From Neocallimastix sp. 'constans' (lineage: Eukaryota): a stretch of DNA of 64,000 bases. How positions within the stretch are numbered: position 1 is the stretch's first letter; the number at the start of each line of letters is the position of its first letter. The stretch is taken from the NCBI GenBank assembly GCA_050613775.1, contig JBODTK010000142.1, positions 124,001 to 188,000 on the forward strand, read 5' to 3'. The position numbers and the translations under genes were made by a program. Below the pieces are notes generated by a model. That model did not search any database, had not been told where the DNA came from, and worked only from the letters and a program-made list of their open reading frames with translations. Positions 15,268 through 28,004 of this stretch are shown one piece after another.

Positions 15268-15589
15268 CGAGGGAATTCCTAGCATATGGGTTTATATGCA
15301 CGTAGCTAAACTACGAATCAATCTGCTAACTAAATATACTATTACCAAGTGGGCTAGCACGTGATTCATTGGGTTAGGTTATTCTAGACTCGCTTCTTAG
15401 GGAGTTAGGCACCGAAAAAGCATTCCGAGAAAAATCGTGCAATAATATGTATGGTTAGAGCGCCAATGCTGAATTAACAGTAAGGCTGTCCAGTAGGGAC
15501 TATATCTGCCTGTGCTATAGCACACGGAAGTGTTGTGACTACCTTAATATTCCCATGCCTTGAAATGGGCATAGGGCGGTACACACCGG

Positions 15590-15629
<40 letters not shown>
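15268..15629 (+). mobile_element. SINE-like retroposon A (probably 5'-truncated) with poly(A) tail
   Basis: Non-coding GC-enriched island ending ...GGAAATT-poly(A). Its last ~120 nt share motifs with 24770-24880 (CAGTAAGG, AGTAGGGAC, GGAAGTGT, GTGACTACCTYAATAT, AGGGCGRTACAC). Confidence 0.7.
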
Positions 15630-15650
<21 letters not shown>

Positions 15651-17480
15651 TATTAATTAATGGTCGTAATATTTCAAATTACTTATTAAATAATTTATTA
15701 ATAAAAGAACAAAGAAAATATTTATTAGTAGCAAAATTCACTCTTCAATTTTTTTGAACAAATAATTTCTGAAAAAAATTAGTTTACTTTCAAGAAAATG
15801 AATCTTCAATAAAAAAAGGGTAAAATAACAACTAAAATAGAATTTTTTAGTTTTCATTCATTTAAATAGATTAATCAAAGAAACCGTCTAATAACTTTTA
15901 TAATAATCTAGACAATTTTATACATAAGGAAAAAGTGTGAGTCAATCACAGGTTAGTCCGGCCAATCGTCATAGTTTGTTACCACAAGACCATGGCAACT
16001 ATTATATTAAATTCTGATAAGAAATTAACAGAAATTATTATTTAGTTAAATTTATCTAAAACAACCTAACCCACAAAATAAAATTAATAATTTTGGAAAT
16101 AATGATTTTTAGAATATAGAAAAATTCTATTAATATAAGAAAAAATTAATATTTATTCATATCTTTTAAAATAATTTTATCCATAATTCATCATGAATAA
16201 TCTAATTATTCTATTATTAATTATATCAATAAAATTTTATTTTTATTATTAATATCCTTGTCTTTTTATCAATATTCAATATATTATTACTTATAATAAC
16301 CCTTTATAAATATCAATATCAAAATTATATTATTATTGTAACAAAATCTGATTGGTACAGAGCCTTTAAGAAAAAGAAACTTTAGGCCAGAACAAACAAG
16401 TTTTTATGTATAAAATAATATATTCTCTTTTAATGTTTACTTATATAACAAAACTCTCTTATAATTTGACTCTCTCGTTAAAAAAACATAATTTGAAATT
16501 TATGTAAATTCATTTATTAATTCTTTAAAATAAGAATCTCTTCCTAAAATTACTTTTATTTAATTGTTTTTATATAAAATTATCTTAAATCCTTTTAGTA
16601 ATTAATTAATACTTTTTAATTTGTGATACTTTATAAGATGATTGTTCAATTCTATATTTGGTTAATTCATTAATATTACATTTTTCTTTATTTTTACCAT
16701 TATTTCATTTTTTTTTTTTTTTTTGTAAATAACATATTAAAACACCCCCACTTAGACAAGTCTTTTGTTGTTAATTCTAGATATAGTATCTATTATTCGA
16801 TCTTTAATGTTATATACCAACAAAAAAAAAATTATTTTTTTAAATTTTTAAAAATTCCTGTTAATTTATATTAAATTATTGAGAATAAATAAATGTATTG
16901 ATATATATATATATTTTTTAGGTTAAGTGACTTAAAAAGTTCTACTATAAAATTTTTATTAATATAATATAAATTTTATATGTATAATATAAACAAGTTT
17001 TATTTTTTTTATAATTCTAATTATATTTAATTATAATATTGAACTATTTCTTCTTCTTCTTCTTCTTTTTTTTTTTATGTGTCTATTATTATTTATTATA
17101 TAGTATCACATATATATTTATTGAATTAATTATATGTAAAAATAAATTTATATTAGTCAGTCATTTAAAACAAATAAAATAATTCAATTTAATTTTTCTA
17201 AAGTAGGCGTTCATTTATTATTGTGTATTGAAGTCCTGATTATTTGTTTTATAGTGTATGCCTTATAGTGTTGAATATATTTTTCTAAATGTATTGTTTG
17301 CTTTATTTTATTTTATTATATAAATATATATTTTATAAATGGATAATTTAAATTTATTTTTTGAAATTTATGTCAGTTTATATAAGGCTGCATTTGAAAA
17401 TAAATATTATTTTGTATATTATATATTATAATTGAGCTTACTATATTGTGATATATTATATTTATATGATATGTATGGTA

Positions 17481-17511
<31 letters not shown>

Positions 17512-17546
17512 TTATAAATATAAATATATATATACTTCATATACTC

Positions 17547-17636
<90 letters not shown>

Positions 17637-17637
<1 letters not shown>

Positions 17638-19030
17638 CAGGTTCAGCTCTATGAAATATAGAATAATATTTTTCAAGTAAATTTAGGTAAGTTGTCAGTT
17701 ATCAATATTTCAGGTATCCCATGTCTAGCAAAAGTTTTTCTTAAAAAGTTAATTACATCTAGTGACTCTGCTGAAGGTAAAGTTTCGGCTTCTATCCATT
17801 TATTTAGGTAGTCTACCAGAACAATTATATTACCTATATCTTTTTTTCTGGGTAAAGAACCTTTTAAATCTAAGCCTATTCTAGAAAACGGATAATCTGG
17901 AGGAAATGCAGTGCTTCCTGTAAACTTATTTAATTTCTGGTGGAGACATATTTGATATTTATGGCAACATTTGATGAACTATTGAATGTTTCTCTTCATG
18001 TTTCCCCAATAGAAATCTCGCTTTGGTCTATTATATGTTTTATACACTCCCTCATGTCCAAGGTGATGTACCTCCTCTTTCGATCTAAGTTGTTTCTCTT
18101 TGTCATATATTATCCACATCAGTTGTTCGCCTTGTTTGAGATATTCAGTACCTTTAATGATAAGTTGATATAATCATTCATAAAATTATTAATATTGTCG
18201 GAATTAGAATTACTATTGTTAATATTTTTATCATTCATAATAATAATATTATTATTCCATTATTATTATAAATTATATTAATAGTTTCAAACTTAACAAG
18301 CACCCTGGATAACGCTTCCGCTAGGACATTCTTCCATTTCACTATCCCACTTAAGATGTCTAATATTAGTTGACTCACCGTTATTGAAAACTCCAGTAAG
18401 AGGTTTATGGTCTGTATGTATAGAAGTAGTAGTAAAAAGTACTACTATTAATATATGCTCTAAATTTTTATATCCAGAAGAAAGCGGATTTTCTTTCCAG
18501 GTCAGTAATGCTATAGTCGATTTTGGCAGTAATGAGAGTTCTTCTTTTGAACTAAAGAGGAACTTCCATGTTGTTATCCGAAACCTATAGTAATAACCCT
18601 CCTAAACCATCAAAAGAAGCGTTAGTTCGTATGATGAAAGGTTTAGAAAAATCATAAGATATAAAGCACTGAATGAACAAAACGGTAAGGCCCTTTGGAC
18701 CTTACCGTTTTGTTCATTTTTAACAATGAGTATTAACAGTAGAAGAAAAATAACTTGACCAAAATAACCCAATTCTTTTTGAGCCAACCTTTGGCAAATA
18801 TTTGCTACGCTTTGGTAGAAAACAAAAATAACGAAGGATTTTATATAAGAAGAATGAAAACATCTGAAGACCAAGAGAATAAGGAATAACAGTTCAAAGA
18901 TTTTTAGATAATGTTAGAAAGGACAGGGGATGCAGACCACCCTTGCATTTCTTAACTAGCAGGTACAACTGCCAGTTCGTTTGGAGAAGGAAAGGATTTG
19001 TTGAATTTGAAGATGAAAATAGCTAAGTAA
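17637..19030 (-). mobile_element. Degraded Ty3/Gypsy LTR retrotransposon pol remnant (RNase H and integrase)
   Basis: Minus-strand peptides RIGLDLKGSLP...IVLVDYLNKWIEAETL...FARHGIPEILITDN (integrase core), plus TDHKPLTGVF and NVLAEALSR (RNase H end), with stops and frameshifts. Confidence 0.8.
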
Positions 19031-19449
19031 TTGGAAGGTTAGAATATTATTAGAATATGATCAAAATTGGTTAAATAAAGAAAAAGACAAGATTATATAT
19101 AGCAGATTTAATTATTTAAAAAAATAATTATAAAGATTATAGAAATAAATATATAATAGATAAATTATTATTAATTAGAAAAAAATAATAATAAAATTCT
19201 AGTATACTAAATAAAAAAATATTTATGAAAATAAAAATAAATTAATGTTTACTTTTGTATTGATAATTGTATTGAATTTAATTTAAATTTATGTAAATAA
19301 AATTTAAAAAGTATATTGTATTACAATAAAATTAATTTTAAAATCTTTTTGTGTTGTCTAAAACTGACAATGCAAATTAAAAATATAAAAACGTCCTCAA
19401 ATCCTTACTAAAATTTCTTATAGCATCAAATCAGATTTTTTTTCTTAGG

Positions 19450-20660
19450 AAATTAATATATATATATAAGAAATGAATTTACAAATAAATTCTTTATTAT
19501 TAGCATATTCAACTGACAATTTAAAACAACTTAATGGAAAAAAAATCGAAGTAAAAGTTAATAAAAAAAAAAAAAATTTTGTTATTACCCATTGTGATAA
19601 TGATAATGAAATTGTTCATAAGCATTTTCATTGTTATCTCGAATACTATAACAACAAAAGATGTAGTATTAAAATCAAAGAACCACTCTGATATTTTATT
19701 AGAAAATCCTATTGTAGCCTTTTACACTAAACAACTAATAAAAAATGAACCAATATTTAAAGAATACCGACTTTTAGAAGAATTCAATAACAAAGAAGAA
19801 ATTTAAAATTAATTAATTATCAAAAATTACTCTTCGGTGAAAATAGTCAAATATGACTATCCAAACATCCAACCAAATAAAAATACAGTTCCATCTATGA
19901 TATGTTGTTTTATGTTGTAAAGAAAAATGAATGCTTAAATTTAATTTTTGATAGGGATATAGAGGAAAAACTTAAAGAATTGAAATTACTAAAATTTGAA
20001 AATAAAAAATAATACGCCAAATTGGAAATAAATGAGAGAATCAGGGATGAACGTTCATGAGGCATTAAAATATATTCAAGAAAACCTATACCAAACAGTA
20101 TTTCAGAAATTGGTACAAATGGGGATCCCCTTTTACAAATAGTTCTGCCAAAAACTTAAAGAATAGCAGTTCAATCTCAAATCAGAATATTGGATTCCAA
20201 ATGAAGTATACAACAGGTATTTAGATATTTATCCTCCTTATTTTAAAAATAAAAATAATTGTAGTTGGTTAAGACAAAACAGAAGAAATAGACCTAAATC
20301 TTTTAATATATATATATATATATCTAACTCTAACCCGAGATCTGAAAAAAATGAGTGGAGAAATTTGACCAAAACACACGGTTTCACCAGTCATGCCTCC
20401 TCAACCCTCCGAGTCGTGAGTGATTGCATAATAGAAGCACTATAGGACTGTATGACGGGAATTCGAATTGGCATTATACCTTGATGATACAATTATATCA
20501 GGAAAGAAAAACGAAATTAATCTTATTAAATAATAAATTTAAAAAAAAGTATTTAACTTAAGTGAGTGACATTGCACCAGTAGATTTCATAATAGGAATA
20601 AAATTCATTAAAACAAAAAGGGATATATAATTCACCAAAACATTATTTAAATAAAATTCC
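19450..20660 (+). mobile_element. Degraded Ty1/Copia-like remnant
   Basis: ILDS protease-like motif near 20187. RT-like LALYLDDTIISG and DIAPVDFIIGIKF at about 20469-20610. Many stops. Confidence 0.55.
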
Positions 20661-21449
20661 AAAAAAAAATTTTTGAAAATATAATATTTTGTTATAATGT
20701 TTATATATTTGTAAAAGAAAAGACTAGATGGCGCTGAAGCTATTTCATTTATTCTTAATTAACAGTAAATAGGTAGACAAAATTGGAAATTATAGGTTTT
20801 GTTTGATTATTATAAACTATTTTATTGAAGAAAATGATTGTTTATTAAATAAGAATATAAGTAAAATTTTAAATCAAAAATTTTATTCGTAGGTTGTTAA
20901 GAGTACGTAAAACCAAGATGGTCATTTTTGTGTCGGAAATATTATGAAATATGAATTCAATATGTATGGATTAATTTGTACTAGTTTTTGATGTTTTAAC
21001 TATAAAAATATATAAGCGTTTAACAAAGTTGCGTAAATCGTAGTATTAATGTTTTAGATAAAATTAGTAAATAATTAGTAAAAATGAATATATATGTATA
21101 ATAAATGAAGAAGAATATATTAGGAAATATTCTTGAGATAAAATTAAATCTTTGTAATTAAAAATTTAGTAATAGTATAGTTAATATATATTCATTTAGC
21201 AATAGAAATTATGTTATGATAATTAGTATTGAGTGGGAATGTCAGAATATGTGAAATAAGTATTTGAATGAATTGTAACATAATGTAATTAGATTAATGT
21301 ATAAGTCATATTGTAAGAATATAAAAGCATATAATTCATAAAAATATAATCATTGTAATTCTCTATCATAGTATAATATATTAATAAAGTAAACATCGTT
21401 ATAAAACTCAAAATCCTTGACTTTTAATGATCGCTTAAATTTAAAATTT

Positions 21450-22439
21450 AATATTTAATTCCTTTCCCTAATGTTCCTTCTGCTCCTGATACTGCCTCCA
21501 CTTTCTTCAATCATGTTTTCCGATACCACGGTTTCCTATAGAATACTCTCTCCGAGAAAGAGGCCTGTTTATAAAGGACATAACATTACTTTAAAATTTT
21601 CTTCCTCATTTCACCATTATAGAAGAATGAATTTGAGTTTGAGATTTTTAATTTTGGATTTTCCCATACTTCATTTTCTCTTCTCTTTCATAAAGTTAGT
21701 ACAATAATGTATTTAGGGTTATCTTTAAGATTCCTGTGAGCTTTATTTTCTTTATTGGGCTCAGAGCCATCATTTTCCTTATCTAACTTTCTTTTTATTG
21801 AAGCACAAAACATGATAAATTCTTCTTCTGAATCAGAATTACTAAAGTCATCAAAAAAGAATTCATTTTTATCTTCTAAATAGAATGGTTCAAAGTGTTC
21901 TACTTTCGGTGAGTATATATGTCTGATTCAAGGCTAATTTGTTCAGGTTTTACTGTTGACTGAAACTTGATGGAAACAATCTTATTGACGATGATGAGTG
22001 CTTCTGCTCCCCTTTTGTAATTTAAGGTTTAATTTCAAAATATCCTTTATGATTCTTTAATAATCTCATGTAATTTTGGACAATATCTTTGATTATGATC
22101 ATGTTCTTTACAAAAGAAGAAAGGACCAATAGTTAAATTTTTCATTTTTCTAGTTAAGTCAATTAATATTATCAGCATTTTTCTTGTTTAATTCTCTGTT
22201 TTCACGAAAATCATTACTATTATAAGTAGAGGGATTTGGATATGATCTTCTAGAGGTTGAACTAAAACTATAGTTATCGTTTTAATTTTTCAGTCTTAGA
22301 ATTTATCTATTAATATTCTCATTCTCAGCAACATAGAAAGTTTTTTCTAAAGAAATATCATCCTTGAGCGATACACTCTTCCATGTTTCTCTATTATTTT
22401 GAAAAGAAACAGCATAGTTTAAAACACTAGCTTGGGCTT

Positions 22440-22492
<53 letters not shown>

Positions 22493-22700
22493 TCAATTTC
22501 AAGTAAAGGGAACAATATCTTTTACTAAATTCCTTTACTTTTTCGTTTCTTCCAATTCTTAAAGCTTGACTCTTCAGCGACGTCATGCAATACAACTACT
22601 ATATTCAATATAAAATATAGCAGTAAAGAGCCTAATAGCAATTGACTATGTTTATCCTGCATAAGCAGGATAAACTTTGCCTAGAAATCTATATTCAAGG
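21450..22700 (-). mobile_element. Degraded LTR-retrotransposon gag-like remnant
   Basis: Broken coding frame (ALRIGRNEKVKEFSKRYCSLYLKLN...AQASVLNYAVSFQNNRETWK) resembling a retrotransposon gag, interrupted by a homopolymer run. A perfect hairpin TTTATCCTGC-ATAA-GCAGGATAAA lies at 22651-22674 in the leader. Confidence 0.45.
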
Positions 22701-24237
22701 CTTGTAAAATAATTTAAAATAAAATAATAATAATAATTGTATTTATCTATAATAATAATAATAAAATAATAATCGAATTGTGAGTGAATAATTTTAATAA
22801 TAAAAAATTTATATAAAGTTAAGTTTTAATTTACTATGGTTCTCTATTAATATCTAAAAAATTGAAAAAAGTTCATGAAATGGAACCAGTCAATTCCTAC
22901 AGTAATATAAAAAAGTACCATAATTGCTTTGCCATCCAAAAAGTAAATATAACATTACTATACATGAATAATTCATACATGAAGAAATAGTAAATACATA
23001 AAAAAAAAAAAAAAAAAAAAAAAAAGAAAATATGAAAAAAGAAAACGATATACGAAAGAAAAAAATGATATTGTAAAATTTTTTAAAATTAATTAATAAC
23101 TTTGAAGAAAATACTATTTAAATTATCATATTTATATGATAATTAATATAATAAATAGAATATACCATATTCTATAGAAATATGGAATTGTTAGATAAAT
23201 ATCAAAAGGTTTTTTCAAAAGTATGGGATGAATTAATTTAAACCGCTAAATAAATTTTAAATAAAAAAAAAAAATAAAAAATAAAAATAAATAAATAAAT
23301 AATACATGTATAATTGATTATAATGGCTTATTTTCATTTAAATTATTATTATTATTATTATTATTATTATCTTTTACTTATATATTATGTGCATAAAACA
23401 GTATATTGCAATCATGTATAGTTATATCAATACACATATTATTTAATTAATTAATTCAATACATAATTAGCGTATTATTACTTTAATTATATATTCGAAT
23501 TTTATATTCTATATCATTTTTTTAATTAAATAATAGATATTTTTTAAAATTAATATATATTAATGTTAGAATATATAATTTAAATAATAATTAGGATAAT
23601 AATAATAATAATATTTAATAATAAAAAAAAATAATAAAATAATCCTTTAATAAAAAAAATATAAATAGATTAATATTGGTTTTTATGGAAAAAGAACTTA
23701 GAATATGCTCCTATACGTATTTGTATATTCATTTAAAATTCATCTAGAAAGTAAAATTTAAAAAACCATTTTAGGAAGATATTGGTCAACTCTTTTGGTG
23801 GCAATAATATTGATATTAATATTTGTTAAAGGAGATAAAAAGGAAATTGGTATTGAGGCTTTTCGATATATGATCTCTAAAAGAAGTTCAAAAATAAAAT
23901 ATAATTATATTTATATATTATAAATAAAGGCTTATATCTTATTAGACTTATATGAAGAATAAGAAATCTGTGACTTTTGGAAAAATATTATATAATTTTT
24001 CAAAGATTCATTAAATATTAAAATTCAAATAAATTTGAACGAAGAGATAATCTATCCAATTACAATGTTCACTCTGATAGTAATAAATCCTTTAAATTAG
24101 AAATATATAAAATTAAAAGTCATTATCGAGGTTCTATCAGTTCAATATAAAAAAAAAAAAAAAAACAAAAGAAAATAATAAAATTTAATATATTATTTTT
24201 AATTTATTAATTTCCAAATATTACTATAAATAATATC

Positions 24238-24877
24238 TATAAGGCTCCTGGTTCGAACCCACCCTATGATCATTTCCCAAGTTTTCCTTAAAGAGGTTTT
24301 TACGGGAAGAGTTGCATTTTGCCAAGTGGCTTATTGATATAAATAAATAAATGAAAGAATAAATAAAAATTCAAAATAATTTTTTTAAATTTGTTTTTAT
24401 TCAATATTAATAATATTTTATTTATTTATTTATTTAATAATTTTCAATTTAGCGAAATGCAACCTGGCGAAATGCCCCACTTCAGTTGTTACGGAATATG
24501 ATGGTTAGGGTCACAGGTAAGTATGTTCCCCTTATTCGAATAGATACTAAACTAATTGAGAGGAAGGGTACATGATTTTATGTGTCCATGTAGATATATT
24601 CTACTAAATTGCAATCTTTCTTTCTGACAATTATGCAGTTGCCATAGAGCTTATACGAAACTCTATGGGTTAAGTTATACTGGCCTCACTTCAAAGAAGC
24701 ATTAGGAAAAGTAATATTAGTAACATTCTCAGTAATAATATACATGTCAGAGAACTAAAGTTGAAAACTCAGTAAGGTCTTCTAGTAGGGACAATTCGGT
24801 TTTGTAAAAAGGAAGTGTGTGACTACCTCAATATCCACTGCTTCTGAGGGGAGGAAACTAAGGGCGATACACCAGAA

Positions 24878-24911
<34 letters not shown>
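24238..24911 (+). mobile_element. tRNA-derived SINE B (partial tRNA head), interrupted by a MITE, with poly(A) tail
   Basis: T-arm/B-box CCTGGTTCGAACCCA at about 24247-24261. The body resumes after the MITE, the 3' module is homologous to SINE A, and the element ends GAAAT-poly(A). Confidence 0.7.
24305..24484. mobile_element. Mutator-type MITE
   Basis: Imperfect TIRs GGAAGAGTTGCATTTTGCC / GGCGAAATGCCCCACTTCA, a 9-bp TSD GTTTTTACG (24296-24304) / GTTGTTACG (24485-24493) with one mismatch, and an AT-only interior. Confidence 0.7.
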
Positions 24912-24918
<7 letters not shown>

Positions 24919-26750
24919 TAAATAATTTATATATATATATAGTAAAAAATACATACTAATATAATAAAATTTTAAAATTTGTATATATATATAATTATAT
25001 ATATTAAAAATAATAAATTCATTACAAATATTAAAATAAAAATAAAATGTATTTATAATTCAAATAAATATAAAATATAATCAAAACATTTTTTCTTTTT
25101 TCTTTAAAAAAAAATTTTTTAGCGGCATATATAAATTATTTTTTTAAATAGTAATAAATAAAGCAATAAAAAAACAAAACAAAATAACTAAAAAAAAAAT
25201 AATAAAACTAAAATGTTTTTATAATTCAAATAAATAATAAATATAAAATATAATTTAAAATTTTTTTTTTTTTTTAAAAAAAAAACTTTTGGCAAAACAA
25301 AATAATTCAAAAAAAAAAAAATAAAAAATAAAAAAAATAATTAAATAATTAAATAAATAAAACATAAAAAAAAGTAAATAAAAAAAATTAAAACAAACAT
25401 TAAAAAAAAAATAAAAAAAAAAAACAAATAAAACAAATAAAAAAATACTAATAATAAAATAATGAAATAATAATAAAAAAAAAAAATAAAGATTAAAAAT
25501 TATTAAATATAAAGCTATTTCTAATATTTAATTTTATATATAATTAAACTTGCCAAAAAATATGTAATAAAAATAAATTTTATTAAATGAGTTTATATAT
25601 ATATATATATATTTATTTTTTTTATTTTTTTTTGTTGTTAAAAAGAAATGAAAGAAAATAAAAGTTGTAATACATAGTATAAAAAAAAAAAAAAAAAAAA
25701 AAGTACTCAATACACAAAATCAATTTCAAATATAACTACCAATAAACACAATTGATGGTCAACTTGATATGATATGATATGATATGATTTGGTATGAGAT
25801 GATATGATATGATTTGGTATGAGATGATATGATGTATTTATATATAGAGCAATGGAATTTCATATATTTAATTATATGTATTAGGTATATTATTTAATAC
25901 AATTGTATTTAATGATATTATATATTTATATTTATTACAAGTATATTATATATATATTTAATAATATTAAATATTTATATTTATATTTAATTATATTAAT
26001 ACTGTATATTGTTTAAAAAAAAATTCTTATGTATTTAGCAATATATATTAATAATATTTATATTTAGCAAAAAATATTATATTGTGTATTTAATTATATT
26101 GTATTTATTTATAAAATATAAATTATATTTAAATTTAATTATATATTTATAATATAAAAAATTCATTAAATTAATTAATTGATTAATAAATTAAAATTTG
26201 TAACACAGAAAGAAAATATTTTTTAAAGAATAATCATAATAATTATATATTAAAAATAGAGAAAAACCTTTTTTATTTCCTATTCGTTTATTATTTTATT
26301 AAAGAATAATTTTTTTGAACTTTTTTATACTTTTCTTTTAAATATTAATAATTGAATAAAATAATAAACTATGAAGTATTCTATTTTTTATTAAATAATG
26401 CAGATAACCTAAACAAATATACTTACTAACAACACAAATAAAACATAGTTACTTATATTTATAAATAAATTATATAAATATTACTTTATATTTATATAAA
26501 TAAATTATATAAATATTACTTTAGATTTTAAAACAAGACATTTTTCAATTAAGGTTTTTTATTTATGATTTATTATTAGATAACACTATTTTTTTTAAAA
26601 ATTTTATAATTATATTAATATTACTTTTTAGAAATAAAAATTTAAACACAAAATATTAAATAGTATTTATATTTTATTATATAAATTAAATATTAATATA
26701 TTATATATATAACTTTTTAAAATAAGAATATTAATATTTTGTAAAACTTT

Positions 26751-27138
26751 TATAAAAGTTAAAATAAAATCACACTCTAATATAAAACCATGAAAATGAT
26801 TTAATTTTTATTATTTATTATTAATATTTTATTTTCATATATTGTAACCTTTTTCCCTATTCTTATTAATTAAATCAATTTTTTATTAATTATTCAAATT
26901 GTTTAAATATTTCTATTTATATTACAGTTTTACAGTTTTACAAAATAATATTAATATTTCTTATTTTAATAAATTAAAGTTAATTTATTAATTCATAATA
27001 AATAATTAATAAAATTTAATTATATTAATTAATGAGAATATGACGACTACAATGTATGAAAATAAAATATTAATAAATAATTAAAATTGAATCATTTTCA
27101 TAGTTTTTTAGTAAAGTGTGATTTTATTTAACTTTTAT
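26751..27138. mobile_element. Foldback/MITE-like element with long (~140 bp) imperfect inverted arms
   Basis: The left arm TATAAAAGTTAAAATAAAATCACACTCTAATATAAAACCATGAAAATGATT...CATATATTGTA matches the reverse complement of 27048-27138, and the similarity continues inward. Confidence 0.75.
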
Positions 27139-28004
27139 ATTAACATCAGCCACAAGTATTATTTATGATATTTATTCATATTTAATTTATATATCAGCAT
27201 CTTTTTATTTATAATTTTTATTTATAATGTTATATCCTTCTGGTCCCTCCTTAAAATTACTGTAATATTATTGTCGAAATGGATTTTTTATAAAATTTTT
27301 TAAATTATAATAACTCATTTTAATTATAATATTGAATTTGGATTTTGTTAACTTAATCGTATCAAATTTTATAATAAAAATTTAATATATAATATTAAAA
27401 ATATCAGCTATAATTTTAAATTTATGTTTGATTCTTTACATAAATATTAATCTATTTATGTTTTTTTACATACATAATTTTTATATTTATTAAGGTTTTT
27501 ATTTGCTACTTTATATCGATTAATAATTAAATTTTTTTTTTTTTTTTTTGCTTGTTTTGTTTATTTTTCTTTTTTTTTTGTTTTATTTTTTAAATAAATT
27601 ATTTTTAGAAATTATTATTACACAAAATTGTTTCAATTTAAGGGTTGTAATACTTTTAATATATTTATTATTTATATTAAATAATAGTTGTACAATTTAA
27701 TTATAATTAATAAATAAAGGAAATTAAAATAATTGTTGTACAATTTAATAATAAATAATTAATAAAGGAAATAAAAAAAAAATAAAAATAAAAAAAAAAG
27801 TATAAAAATAAAAAAAAAAAAATTTGAAAAATTTTTGTAGTTTTATAAAAAAAAAAGGAATAAAAAAATTATATATTATATATATTTTTATAAAAACTTT
27901 TTTAAAGTTTTAAAATATAAATATAAAAAAAATAAAAAATTAAATAAAAAAAACTATATGTATATATAAAATAGTAATAATAATAATAATTAATTTTATT
28001 TAAC

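Noticed and set aside
15478..15594. HDV-like ribozyme in the SINE A/B tail
   Set aside because: A P4-like stem followed by C-G-R-U-ACAC is suggestive, but I cannot find P3/L3 or P1.1.
23690..24140. Coding-like remnant
   Set aside because: Multiple stops and no recognisable motif, so it cannot be assigned.
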